Source: Candidatus Eremiobacteraceae bacterium (GTDB lineage Bacteria > Vulcanimicrobiota > Vulcanimicrobiia > Eremiobacterales > Eremiobacteraceae). From it: a DNA stretch of 64,000 nucleotides. A model generated the notes under the pieces. The model was not told the origin of the DNA and searched no databases. It saw only the letters and a program-made list of their open reading frames with translations. Position numbers and translations under genes: made by a program. Location of the stretch: assembly GCA_036511855.1 (NCBI GenBank), contig DATCBN010000015.1, forward strand, positions 1,566 to 65,565. The letters are read 5' to 3'. Shown here in pieces: positions 55,349 to 64,000 of this stretch; position 1 is the first letter of the stretch; every line of letters starts with the position of its first letter.

Positions 55349-57607
55349 ATGTACGGCTCGATCAAGATCCGCGGCGCCCGCGAGAACAACCTCAAGAACG
55401 TCTCGCTCGATATCCCCAAGCGCAAGATCACCGTTTTCACCGGCGTGTCGGGCTCCGGCAAGTCGTCCCTGGTCTTCGGCACTATCGCAGCAGAAAGCCA
55501 GCGGCTGATCAACGAGACCTATCCGGCCTTCGTGCAGCAGTTCATGCCGCGCTACGGCCAGCCCGACGCCGACTCGCTTGAGAACCTCTCGGCCGCCATC
55601 ATCGTCGATCAGCAGCGCCTGGGCGGCAATTCGCGCTCTACCGTGGCAACGGTCACCGACGCAGCCCAGATGCTGCGCATCATCTTCGCGCGCCTGGCCA
55701 AACCCCAGCTGGGATCACCCAGCCTCTATTCCTTCAACGATCCGCGCGGGATGTGCCCGGTCTGTGAAGGCATCGGGCAGGTGGCGGCCATGGATATGGA
55801 CGCCGTCATCGACAAATCGAAATCGTTGAAAGAAGGAGCGCTGCTTCCGGAGGCTTTTTCAGTCGACAACTGGTGGTGGCTGATCTACGCTCGCTCAGGG
55901 CTCTTCGACATCGACAAGAAGATCAAGAATTACTCAAAGGAAGAGCTCAACAACCTACTCCACCTCGACGACGGCCGGAAAGTCAAGATTTCAAAAGAAG
56001 GCATCAACCTCACTTACGAGGGCGTAATCCTCAAGCTCAAGCGCGGCCTGGGCTCGAAGGACCCCGAGCAGCTCCGGCCGCATGTGCGCGCCGAATACGA
56101 TAAGATATTCACCCGCGCCATCTGCACCGCGTGCCACGGCACCCGCCTCAACGAGCAGGCGCTGGCGAGCAAGATCAGGAGCAAGAACATTGCCGACTGC
56201 TCGGCCATGCAGGTTTCCGACCTTGGCCTGTTCATCCGGTCGATCAAGGCGCCGCAGCTTCAACCCATGCTCGATGCGCTGGCGGCGCGCCTGGACAACC
56301 TCGTGACCATCGGCCTGGGCTATCTCAGCCTCGCCCGCGAGAGCTCGACGCTCTCCGGCGGCGAGAGCCAGCGGGTCAAAATGGTGCGGCACCTGGGCTC
56401 CTCGCTCACCGACCTGACCTACGTCTTCGACGAACCCAGCGTTGGCCTCCACCCGCACGACGTGGGGCGTCTCGCCGGCCTCATGCAGCAGCTCAGAGAC
56501 AAGGGCAACACGGTGCTCGTCGTCGAGCACAAGCCCGACATGATCGCCATCGCCGACCACGTCGTCGACTTGGGCCCGCGCGCCGGGAACAATGGCGGCG
56601 AGATCGTGTACGAAGGGCCGTACGAGGGTCTGCTCAAGTCCGGCACGCTCACCGGCAACCACATCAAAAAACATCAACCGATCAAGGTGGACAGCCGGAA
56701 GCCCGACGGCGCCCTCAAGATCAAGAACGCGAAGCATAACAACCTCAAGAACCTCAACGTTTCCATCCCGCGCGGTGTGCTAACGGTGGTGACGGGGGTT
56801 GCAGGCGCGGGCAAGAGCTCGCTGATCGAGGGCTGCCTGCCGCGGAGCTATCCAGAGACTGTGATCATCGACCAGGACCTCGCGCGCGGCTCGCGCCGGT
56901 CCAACACCGCGACCTATACCGGCATGCTCGACAACGTGCGCAAGGCCTTTGCCAAGGCGAACAGCGTCGACGCTGCGCTGTTCTCGGCCAACTCCAAGGG
57001 CGCATGCCCCGACTGCAACGGACTGGGTGTCATCTTTACCGACCTCGCACACCTCGACCCGATGGTCAGCGAGTGCGAGACCTGCGAAGGCAAGCGCTTC
57101 ACCGATGAGGTGCTGAAGTACAAGCTTCGCGGCAAGTCGATTGGCGATGTCTACGAGATGCCGGTCGCCGACGCACATGTATTCTTCACCGAGCCGGCGA
57201 TCAAGAAGATCCTGCAAGGGCTCGTCGATGTCGGGCTCGGGTACCTCACGCTCGGACAGCCCCTTTCGACGCTGTCCAGCGGCGAGCGGCAGCGGCTGAA
57301 GCTCGCGGCCGAGCTCGGCAAGTCGGGAAACATCTATGTCGTTGACGAGCCCACGACCGGGCTCCACATGAACGACGTCGACACGCTCATCGGACTCTTT
57401 GACCGGCTGGTGGATGCCGGCTCGACGGTCATCGTCGTCGAGCACAACCTCGATGTCGTCTCCCGGGCGGATTGGGTCATCGACCTCGGACCTGGTGCCG
57501 GCCACGACGGCGGCACCGTCGTCTTCGAAGGCCATCCAGCCGAGCTGGCACGACACAAGACATCGCTGACCGGCAAGTTTCTGGCAGCGCGCCATCTGAG
57601 CCGCTGA
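55349..57607 (+). CDS. UvrA-like ABC ATPase paralog lacking the UvrB-binding domain
   Basis: '[35 protein letters not shown]', 'AIIVDQQ', 'FSFN-like [17 protein letters not shown]', 'LSGGESQRV', second half '[10 protein letters not shown]', 'CPDCNGLG', 'LSSGERQRL', 'VVEHNLDV'. About 752 aa. ATG 55349 with GAGGGG upstream. Confidence 0.85.
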   Translation: MYGSIKIRGARENNLKNVSLDIPKRKITVFTGVSGSGKSSLVFGTIAAESQRLINETYPAFVQQFMPRYGQPDADSLENLSAAIIVDQQRLGGNSRSTVATVTDAAQMLRIIFARLAKPQLGSPSLYSFNDPRGMCPVCEGIGQVAAMDMDAVIDKSKSLKEGALLPEAFSVDNWWWLIYARSGLFDIDKKIKNYSKEELNNLLHLDDGRKVKISKEGINLTYEGVILKLKRGLGSKDPEQLRPHVRAEYDKIFTRAICTACHGTRLNEQALASKIRSKNIADCSAMQVSDLGLFIRSIKAPQLQPMLDALAARLDNLVTIGLGYLSLARESSTLSGGESQRVKMVRHLGSSLTDLTYVFDEPSVGLHPHDVGRLAGLMQQLRDKGNTVLVVEHKPDMIAIADHVVDLGPRAGNNGGEIVYEGPYEGLLKSGTLTGNHIKKHQPIKVDSRKPDGALKIKNAKHNNLKNLNVSIPRGVLTVVTGVAGAGKSSLIEGCLPRSYPETVIIDQDLARGSRRSNTATYTGMLDNVRKAFAKANSVDAALFSANSKGACPDCNGLGVIFTDLAHLDPMVSECETCEGKRFTDEVLKYKLRGKSIGDVYEMPVADAHVFFTEPAIKKILQGLVDVGLGYLTLGQPLSTLSSGERQRLKLAAELGKSGNIYVVDEPTTGLHMNDVDTLIGLFDRLVDAGSTVIVVEHNLDVVSRADWVIDLGPGAGHDGGTVVFEGHPAELARHKTSLTGKFLAARHLSR

Positions 57608-57665
57608 AGTGCCGCGCGAATCCAAGACCGGCGATGAACGTCGTCCTCACAGAATTGTCCAGCGC

Positions 57666-59147
57666 TTAGACGTTGGATGCGTTCTTGGGATGCAGCGTGC
57701 TCTTGTGATACCCGTAAAAGCCGTAGATCGCAGCGCCGACGGCGAACCACACCAAGAACCGGATCCACGTCGGGAGCGAGAGCCCGTAGAGTATCAAACC
57801 GGTGCACATGAGGAACCCGAGTACGCCGATGAGGGGCCCCGCAGGTGCGCGGAATGGACGCTTTGCGTTTGGCGCGACGACGCGCAGGATCACGATGCCG
57901 ATGCTGACGATGGCGAACGCGGACAAGGTGCCGATATTGACGAGCTTGAGCAGATCGGCAAGCGGCACGATGAGGGCGAGAAACGCCACGACGACTCCGG
58001 TGATCATCGTGGTGCGCGCAGGCGTGAGGAACTTTGGATGCAGCGCCGACACAGCCGGCGGCAGCAGCCGGTCGCGCGACATGACGTAGAAGATGCGCGA
58101 TTGGCCGAGCAACGATGTCAGCATCACGCTGATGTTGCCGACCATCGCGCCGATCGTCACCGACACGACCGGAAAGAATTGATTGCCCGCCAGCCGGACC
58201 GCCTGGCTCATCGCTGAGTCCGCCGCGATCTTGTTATACGGCACCACGCCGGCCGTGACGGCGGCGATGGCGACGAAGAGCAGACCGCCGATGAAGAGCG
58301 AGCCGACGATCGCGATCGGCACGTCGCGCTGCGGATTTTTGGACTCTTCGGAGGCGACGGTGACCGTATCGAAGCCGATGTAGGCGAAGAAGACGAGAGC
58401 GGCGCTCGCGACGACGCTGTGAAAACCGAGTGGCGCAACGCCGGTGAAATTGCCTGGATGGATGAAGTGCGTGCAGACGATGAGGAAGATGACGAACGAA
58501 GCGATCTGCACGACGACAAAGATGGCGTTGGTCGACGCGGATTCTTTGATGCCGATCGCGAGCAGCGCGCTGACGACGACGACCGATACGGCGGCGATGA
58601 CATCGTACTGCGAATGCGCGAGATCGAATTGCATTAATTGGAGGTGCCAGCTGCCGATCGAGATCGGCCAAGGATTTGTGACGAGAGCCGCTGTCTGCAT
58701 CGAGGACGGCACGACGAGGTGGAAGTAACCGAGCAGTTCTTGGAAATAGCCCGAAAATGACGATGCGACCGGTGCCGCGCTGATGCCGTATTCGAGAACG
58801 AGATCCCAGCCGATGACCCACGCGATGAACTCGCCGAGCGTGGCATACGCATACGTATAGGCGCTGCCGGCGACCGGAACCATCGACGCGAATTCGGCAT
58901 AACAGAGCGCCACGAAGACGCAGGCCAGACCGGAGATCCCGAACGCGAGTATGACGCCGGAGCCGGCGGTCTGAATGCCGACGCCGACCGTGGGGAATAT
59001 CCCGCCGAGCATCGTGCCGAGGCCGATCCCGATGAGCCCCCACACGCCGAGCACGCGGCGCAATTTGGGTCCCTCATGATCGGAGCGCAGACGGTCGAGC
59101 GGCTGGCACGCCGCCAGCCGCTTGAGAAACGCCGCCACGCTTTGCAC
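57666..59147 (-). CDS. APC-superfamily amino acid/polyamine permease
   Basis: 12-13 TM helices, 'GIGLGTMLGGIFPT', 'SAYTYAYATLGEFIAWVIGWDLVLEY'. Confidence 0.85.
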   Translation of the reverse strand: MQSVAAFLKRLAACQPLDRLRSDHEGPKLRRVLGVWGLIGIGLGTMLGGIFPTVGVGIQTAGSGVILAFGISGLACVFVALCYAEFASMVPVAGSAYTYAYATLGEFIAWVIGWDLVLEYGISAAPVASSFSGYFQELLGYFHLVVPSSMQTAALVTNPWPISIGSWHLQLMQFDLAHSQYDVIAAVSVVVVSALLAIGIKESASTNAIFVVVQIASFVIFLIVCTHFIHPGNFTGVAPLGFHSVVASAALVFFAYIGFDTVTVASEESKNPQRDVPIAIVGSLFIGGLLFVAIAAVTAGVVPYNKIAADSAMSQAVRLAGNQFFPVVSVTIGAMVGNISVMLTSLLGQSRIFYVMSRDRLLPPAVSALHPKFLTPARTTMITGVVVAFLALIVPLADLLKLVNIGTLSAFAIVSIGIVILRVVAPNAKRPFRAPAGPLIGVLGFLMCTGLILYGLSLPTWIRFLVWFAVGAAIYGFYGYHKSTLHPKNASNV

Positions 59148-59153
59148 GGACTC

Positions 59154-60602
59154 CTACCGGTATTTCACGACGAGAGTCTTGAGCTCGGTCATCTCTTCCA
59201 TCGCGTAACGGACGCCTTCGCGGCCAAATCCGCTCTCCTTGACGCCGCCGTACGGGAAGTTGTCGACGCGGAGCGTGGGATAGTCGTTGCAGATCACGCC
59301 GCCGACGTTCAGCTCGTCGAATGCCTTGGCGATGCTGCGCACGTCGAACGTGAAGACGCCCGCCTGCAGGCCATACCGGGTTTCGTTTGCGCGCGCGAAC
59401 GCTTCATCGATCGAAGCGACCGGCGCGATCGTGGAAACCGGCCCGAAGATCTCTTCGGCCTCCACCTTCATCGCGGGCGTCGTGCCGGTGAGAATCGTCG
59501 GCTCGAGCACGTTGAGACGGCGCGCGCCTCCGGCCAAGACTTTGGCGCCCGCGCGCACGGCCTCTTCGACCCACGCGCTGACGCGGTCGGCGCTCGCGGT
59601 GTCGATCATCGGGCCGACTAATGTCTCGGGGCTTGCCGGGTCGCCGACGTGCAGCGCCGCGGTCTCTTGCCGGAAGAGCGTGACGAACGCGTCGAAAACG
59701 GTCTGCTCCACGAAGATGCGCTGCACCTTGATGCAGACTTGGCCGGCGTGCGCGAACGAGCCAAGCGCACAGCGTTTCGCCGCCCATGCGACGTCCGCAT
59801 CGGCGAACACGAGCGCGGCGGCGTTGCCCCCCAACTCCAACACGACTTTCTTCTTGCCCGCGACGGACTTCAAGTGCCAGCCAACCTTGGCCGATCCGGT
59901 GAACGAAAGCATCGCGATGCGCTCGTCCGCGGCGATTGTCTGCGCGACGCCGACCGGGCAATGCACCACGGAAAGTGCGGAAGCCGGAAGCCCGGCGTCG
60001 TAGCAGACGTCGGCGAGGAGCAGCGCGCTCAGGGGTGCTTGCGGCGGAGGTTTCAACACCACGGTGTTGCCCACCGCGAGAGCGGGCGCAAGTTTGTGTG
60101 CGACCAGGTTCAGGGGAAAATTGAACGGCGAGATCGCGCCGATGACGCCGATCGGGAAGCGGGCGACGATCGCTGTGTAGCCCTCGGTCGACGGCGCCAG
60201 ATCGAGCGGCAGCATCTCGCCGCCGAAGCGCGTGGACTCTTCTGCGGCAAGCGTGAACGTGCTGACGGCGCGGTCTACCTCGATGCCGGCGTACGTTCGC
60301 GGCTTGCCGCTTTCGGCGATCATGAGATCGACGAACTCCGCGCGCCGCTCGCGCAGTCGTGCCGCGACGCCGAGCAGCAAGTCCTTGCGTTTGTAGCGTG
60401 GCCAGCGTCGAAACGAATCGAAGGCAGCGGATGCGGCGGAAATCGCGTCGTCGAGGTCTGCAGCGGTGCCGACGCCGATGGTGGCCACGACGCTGCCGTC
60501 GTACGGATTGATCACCGGCTCGGCTGTCGCCGTCGGCCTGCGCTCACCTGCGACCGGGAGCACGCGGTGCACGACCGCCGGATTCGCCGTGCTTGCGCTC
60601 AC
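59154..60602 (-). CDS. aldehyde dehydrogenase family protein (candidate succinate-semialdehyde dehydrogenase by context)
   Basis: 'FNFPLNLVAHKLAPALAVGNTVVLKP', 'ELGGNAA', catalytic Cys 'AGQVCI', 'EEIFGPV'. GTG 60602 overlaps the upstream stop (GTGA). The track N-terminus is spurious. Confidence 0.85.
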   Translation of the reverse strand: MSASTANPAVVHRVLPVAGERRPTATAEPVINPYDGSVVATIGVGTAADLDDAISAASAAFDSFRRWPRYKRKDLLLGVAARLRERRAEFVDLMIAESGKPRTYAGIEVDRAVSTFTLAAEESTRFGGEMLPLDLAPSTEGYTAIVARFPIGVIGAISPFNFPLNLVAHKLAPALAVGNTVVLKPPPQAPLSALLLADVCYDAGLPASALSVVHCPVGVAQTIAADERIAMLSFTGSAKVGWHLKSVAGKKKVVLELGGNAAALVFADADVAWAAKRCALGSFAHAGQVCIKVQRIFVEQTVFDAFVTLFRQETAALHVGDPASPETLVGPMIDTASADRVSAWVEEAVRAGAKVLAGGARRLNVLEPTILTGTTPAMKVEAEEIFGPVSTIAPVASIDEAFARANETRYGLQAGVFTFDVRSIAKAFDELNVGGVICNDYPTLRVDNFPYGGVKESGFGREGVRYAMEEMTELKTLVVKYR

Positions 60603-62119
60603 CGGTCGGCGAACCAGCCGCTCGGCTCGACCGCCAGGTTGACGTTGATCTGCTTGACCTCGGTGTAGGCGTCGTAGCCGTAGGTGCCGAGTTCGCGTCC
60701 GATGCCCGACTGCTTGTAGCCGCCCCACGGCGCTTCATTGTACGTGGGATGGTACGTGTTGATCCAGGTGATGCCCGCGCGCAGCTTGCGGATCACGCGG
60801 TGCGCGCGCGCTATGTCGTTCGTGAAGACCGCGCCGGCGAGGCCGTAGATCGTATCGTTGGCCATTTCGACGGCCTCTGCTTCATCCTTGAATTTCTGCA
60901 CGACGAGCACGGGGCCGAATATCTCCTCTTGCACGATGCGCATCGACGGCTTCGTGTTCGAGAAGATCGTGGGCACGATGAAGTTGCCTTTAACCCCTAG
61001 CTCGCCGCCTAATCGTTCGCCCCCGCACTCAAGGGTGGCGCCCTCGGCGAGGCCGATCTTGATGTATGCCTCGACTTTTTCCTGATGCGCGCGGCTGACG
61101 ATCGGGCCCATCTCGACCGTCGGGTCGAAGCCGTCGCCGACCACGATTTTCTTGGCTCGTTCGACGAGCCGTTTGACGAAGCGGTCGTGAAGCGTGTCTT
61201 GGACGATGAGGCGCGATCCCGCCGAGCAGACCTGACCCGCGTTTGCATAAATGCCGAAAAGCGCGTAGTCGATCGCCGTGTCGAAATCCGCGTCGGCGAA
61301 GACGATGTTCGGCGACTTGCCGCCGAGCTCGAGCGAGATCTTCTTGAGGTTGCCAGTGGCGGCTTGCATGATCGAACGTCCGGTCTTCGTGCCGCCGGTG
61401 AAGGCGATCTTGTCGACGAGGTCGGATGCGGCGAGCGCGTGACCCACCACCGCGCCCGCGCCGGTGAGGATGTTCACAACGCCGTTCGGAAAACCGGCTT
61501 CCTTTATCAGCACGGCGAGGCGCAACGCGGTGAGCGGCGTGAGTTCCGAAGGCTTGAGGATGCAGGCGTTTCCCGCGGCAAGCGCCGGCGCAAGCTTCCA
61601 CGCGGCCATCAGCAGCGGATAGTTCCAAGGGATGATCTGACCGCAGACGCCGATCGGTTCGCGCACCGTGAAGCTTTGCGACGCGGCGGGCACGTCGAAG
61701 GTCTGGCCGTGCGGCTTCGTGGCAAGACCAGCGTAATAGCGGAAGCAATTCGCCGCATCGGTCATGTCGTATTGGGTTTCGCGCAACGGCTTGCCGTTGT
61801 TCAACGTCTCGAGACGTGAGAGCTCCTCGGCGTGCTCGTCGATGCGGTCGGCGAGTCTGTGGAGCAGACGCGCGCGGTCTTGAGCGAGCGACTCGCCCCA
61901 GGGTCCGTTTTGGAACGCCTCTCGGGCAGCGCGGATGGCCCGCTCGGCGTCCGCGAGCGTGCCTTCGGCGACTCGCACGATGAGCTCGCCGTTCGAAGGA
62001 TTGATGCACTTGCTCGTACCACCGTCGGACGCGGCGCTGAATACGCCGTCGATGAACATGAGCGCGACGCCGTTTTCGCGGTGAAGATTCTTGAGCAGAT
62101 CGTCCTGCATGGTCAACAT
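60599..62119 (-). CDS. aldehyde dehydrogenase (aminobutyraldehyde/betaine-aldehyde dehydrogenase-like)
   Basis: 'WNYPLLMAAWKLAPALAAGNACILKPSELTP', 'LELGGKSP', 'NAGQVCSAGSR', 'EEIFGPV', 'PWGGYKQSGIG'. Confidence 0.88.
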   Translation of the reverse strand: MLTMQDDLLKNLHRENGVALMFIDGVFSAASDGGTSKCINPSNGELIVRVAEGTLADAERAIRAAREAFQNGPWGESLAQDRARLLHRLADRIDEHAEELSRLETLNNGKPLRETQYDMTDAANCFRYYAGLATKPHGQTFDVPAASQSFTVREPIGVCGQIIPWNYPLLMAAWKLAPALAAGNACILKPSELTPLTALRLAVLIKEAGFPNGVVNILTGAGAVVGHALAASDLVDKIAFTGGTKTGRSIMQAATGNLKKISLELGGKSPNIVFADADFDTAIDYALFGIYANAGQVCSAGSRLIVQDTLHDRFVKRLVERAKKIVVGDGFDPTVEMGPIVSRAHQEKVEAYIKIGLAEGATLECGGERLGGELGVKGNFIVPTIFSNTKPSMRIVQEEIFGPVLVVQKFKDEAEAVEMANDTIYGLAGAVFTNDIARAHRVIRKLRAGITWINTYHPTYNEAPWGGYKQSGIGRELGTYGYDAYTEVKQINVNLAVEPSGWFADR

Positions 62120-62144
62120 CTGAACCCTCGTTTCCGGCGAGACG

Positions 62145-63470
62145 TCACGCGCTGAGCGTCTTGCGAGACATGGTTTCGAGCGAGTCGCCCAACGCCTTGC
62201 AGACGTACTCGATTTGCTCCTCCGTGATCGTGAGCGGCGGCTCGAAGCGGATGGTCCGCGCGTTCACAAGCGTGCCGGAGACGAGCACGCCGCGTTTGAG
62301 CATCTGCTTTCCCAGTTCGAAACCGAGTTCGTTCGTGACGAATTCGATCGCGATGAGAAGACCTTTGCCGCGCACGTCGCTCACGATGTTCGCGTGCCCT
62401 TCGACCGACTTGCGCAGGCCGGCGATGAACTTCGCGCCGATGACCCCTGCGCGCTCCGGCAATTTCTCTTCAAGCAGGACGTTGATGGTCGCGAGCGCCG
62501 CAGCGCACGCGAGCGGATTGCCGCCGAACGTCGTCGTGTGCAGAAACGGATTTTTGAAAAGCCGTGAGAAGACGGCTTTGCTTCCCACCACCGCCCCTGC
62601 CGGCATGACGCCGCCGCCGAACGCCTTTGCAAGGCAGATGAGATCGGGCGTGACGCCGTAGTGCTCGCAGCAGAACATCTTGCCGGTGCGGCCCATGCCG
62701 GTCTGAACTTCATCCAGCACGAGCAACGCGCCGTAGTCGTCGCAGAGCTTTCGCACGCCGGGGAGATAATCGTCGTCGGGCAGGTTCACGCCGCCTTCAC
62801 CTTGGATCGGTTCGAGCACAACCGCGCCCGCCTCTTCGCCGACCATCCGCAATTTGTGCATCTCCGTTCGCAGTTCTTCGAGATCGTTGAACGGCACGTG
62901 TTCGACATTCGGCAGCATCGGGCCGAACGGCATGCGGAATTCGCCTTTCGCGCTGACCGAGAGCGCGCCAAAGCTTTTGCCGTGGAATCCTTTCGTGGCG
63001 GCGACGATGGTCGGTTTTTTGGGATCGTACGCGCGCGCCAATTTCAAGGCGGCCTCGACCGCTTCCGTGCCGCTATTGCAGAAGAAGGCGTATTCCAGGT
63101 TGCCGGGCGTGACCATCGAGAGCGTCTTTGCGAGCATGGCGCGCAGCGGGTCGAGCAGATCCTGGCTGTGCAGGGCCTGGCGTTTCAGCTGGTCGGTGAC
63201 CGCCTTGACGACTTTCGGATGGCGATGACCCACGTTGAAGATGCCGAATCCGCCAAGGCAGTCGATGTACTCTTTGCCGTTGACATCGCGAAAGGCGTTC
63301 GGCCCGGCATCCTCCCATTCGACGGCTGCCGCCGCATGATCGACCGACAACGCCTTGCGATATTCGAGAAAACCCGGATTGACATGATCGCGAAATCCGT
63401 TCACGGTCTCCGCCGTGATCCACGCGGCGTCGTCGGGCGTGATCGCCGGCTTCGCGATAAGATCCAACAC
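62145..63470 (-). CDS. patA: putrescine--2-oxoglutarate aminotransferase (class III, YgjG/PatA-like)
   Basis: Long near-identical stretches to the remembered E. coli PatA: 'VNPGFLEYRK', 'IDCLGGFGIFNVGHR', 'HSQDLLDPLRAMLAKTL', 'LDEVQTGMGRTGKMF', 'FLHTTTFGGNPLACAAALATINVLLE'. Confidence 0.88.
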   Translation of the reverse strand: MLDLIAKPAITPDDAAWITAETVNGFRDHVNPGFLEYRKALSVDHAAAAVEWEDAGPNAFRDVNGKEYIDCLGGFGIFNVGHRHPKVVKAVTDQLKRQALHSQDLLDPLRAMLAKTLSMVTPGNLEYAFFCNSGTEAVEAALKLARAYDPKKPTIVAATKGFHGKSFGALSVSAKGEFRMPFGPMLPNVEHVPFNDLEELRTEMHKLRMVGEEAGAVVLEPIQGEGGVNLPDDDYLPGVRKLCDDYGALLVLDEVQTGMGRTGKMFCCEHYGVTPDLICLAKAFGGGVMPAGAVVGSKAVFSRLFKNPFLHTTTFGGNPLACAAALATINVLLEEKLPERAGVIGAKFIAGLRKSVEGHANIVSDVRGKGLLIAIEFVTNELGFELGKQMLKRGVLVSGTLVNARTIRFEPPLTITEEQIEYVCKALGDSLETMSRKTLSA

Positions 63471-63536
63471 GCGTTGCGTGTATGCTATGGTTTCGCTATT
63501 CGAGTTCGTAGGAATTTGTTTTCTCCGTTTGTATTA

Positions 63537-63591
63537 GGGCAAGCATCGCTTGCCTACTGGGTAATGCGACGTGGGCAAGCGATGCTTGCCC
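63537..63591. repeat. REP-like hairpin pair in inverted orientation
   Basis: GTATTA-GGGCAAGC-ATC-GCTTGCCT (63531-55) and GGGCAAGC-GAT-GCTTGCCC-TCCTAC (63573-97). Confidence 0.85.
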
Positions 63592-63608
63592 TCCTACATT
63601 CTAATTCG

Positions 63609-64000
63609 TTACGCAAGCACCGCTTCGCAGCTTTCGGTCAGCCTCGTCAGTGCGATCTCCAATTCGTCGTCCTTTATCACGAGCGGCACCAGCACGCGGA
63701 TGATGTCGCCTTTGGCGCCGGCCGCCATCAGCAGGAGTCCGCGGCTGCGGGCTTCGGCGACGATGAGCTTCGCGATCGTGGGCAGACCCGATGCGGGCTC
63801 ATCGACGAATTCGACCCCCATCATCGCGCCCAACCCGCGCACATCCCCGACGTGTGAGAAACGCCGCTGCAACTCGCGCAGAGAGGCTTCGACTCGCAGC
63901 CCGATGGCGATGGCGCGCTCGACCAGATGTTCTTCCTCAAAAATGTCGAGCGCGGCGAGCGCGGCTGCGCACGCGAGCGGATTGCCCGCGTACGTTCCTC
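63609..64000 (-). CDS. class III aminotransferase, C-terminal part (4-aminobutyrate aminotransferase-like); 5' end off-window
   Basis: The frame is open to the window edge: '..GTYAGNPLACAAALAALDIFEEEHL...VGDVRGLGAMMGVEFV...GDIIRVLVPLVI'. Confidence 0.8.
   Translation of the reverse strand, partial: GTYAGNPLACAAALAALDIFEEEHLVERAIAIGLRVEASLRELQRRFSHVGDVRGLGAMMGVEFVDEPASGLPTIAKLIVAEARSRGLLLMAAGAKGDIIRVLVPLVIKDDELEIALTRLTESCEAVLA

Overview
High-GC bacterial chromosomal window, densely coding, with about 60 protein genes and one tRNA (tRNA-Cys). I found no rRNA, CRISPR array, transposase or prophage. Most extra ORFs in the six-frame track are Arg/Ala-rich shadow frames typical of GC-rich DNA. I kept only frames with recognisable family motifs or clean operon geometry. 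Many adjacent genes are coupled by 1-14 nt overlaps (ATGA, GTGA, TTGA). The housekeeping core has Firmicutes/Terrabacteria-like synteny: recG-rsmD-coaD-hypothetical-PDZ/Lon-like peptidase-DUF177-rpmF-fabH-fabD-fabG-acpP-ffh-rpsP-KH-rimM. Other content includes a large SARP/AAA/TPR regulator, an ECF sigma/anti-sigma/ABC operon, a split CN-hydrolase + NadE pair, a VOC + truncated UvrA-paralog pair, and a putrescine-to-succinate catabolic cluster (gabT-like, patA, two ALDHs, permease). It also holds transporters, oxidoreductases and several secreted or membrane hypotheticals. The most unusual observations are these. (1) A REP-like hairpin family, GGGCAAGC-NNN-GCTTGCCC, has 12 copies in 5 clusters. 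Two clusters are translated in the same frame inside essential genes (nrdJ and coaD), and one copy shows compensatory stem changes. (2) nrdJ carries a 372-aa LAGLIDADG intein inserted directly before the catalytic NPC(S)E cysteine. (3) Tandem NrdR-box-like palindromes 32 bp apart overlap a TTGCAT-17-TATAAT promoter upstream of nrdJ. (4) A SHOCT-domain ORF with no canonical start codon is missing from the track. All functional calls come from motif recognition by eye; no database search was possible.
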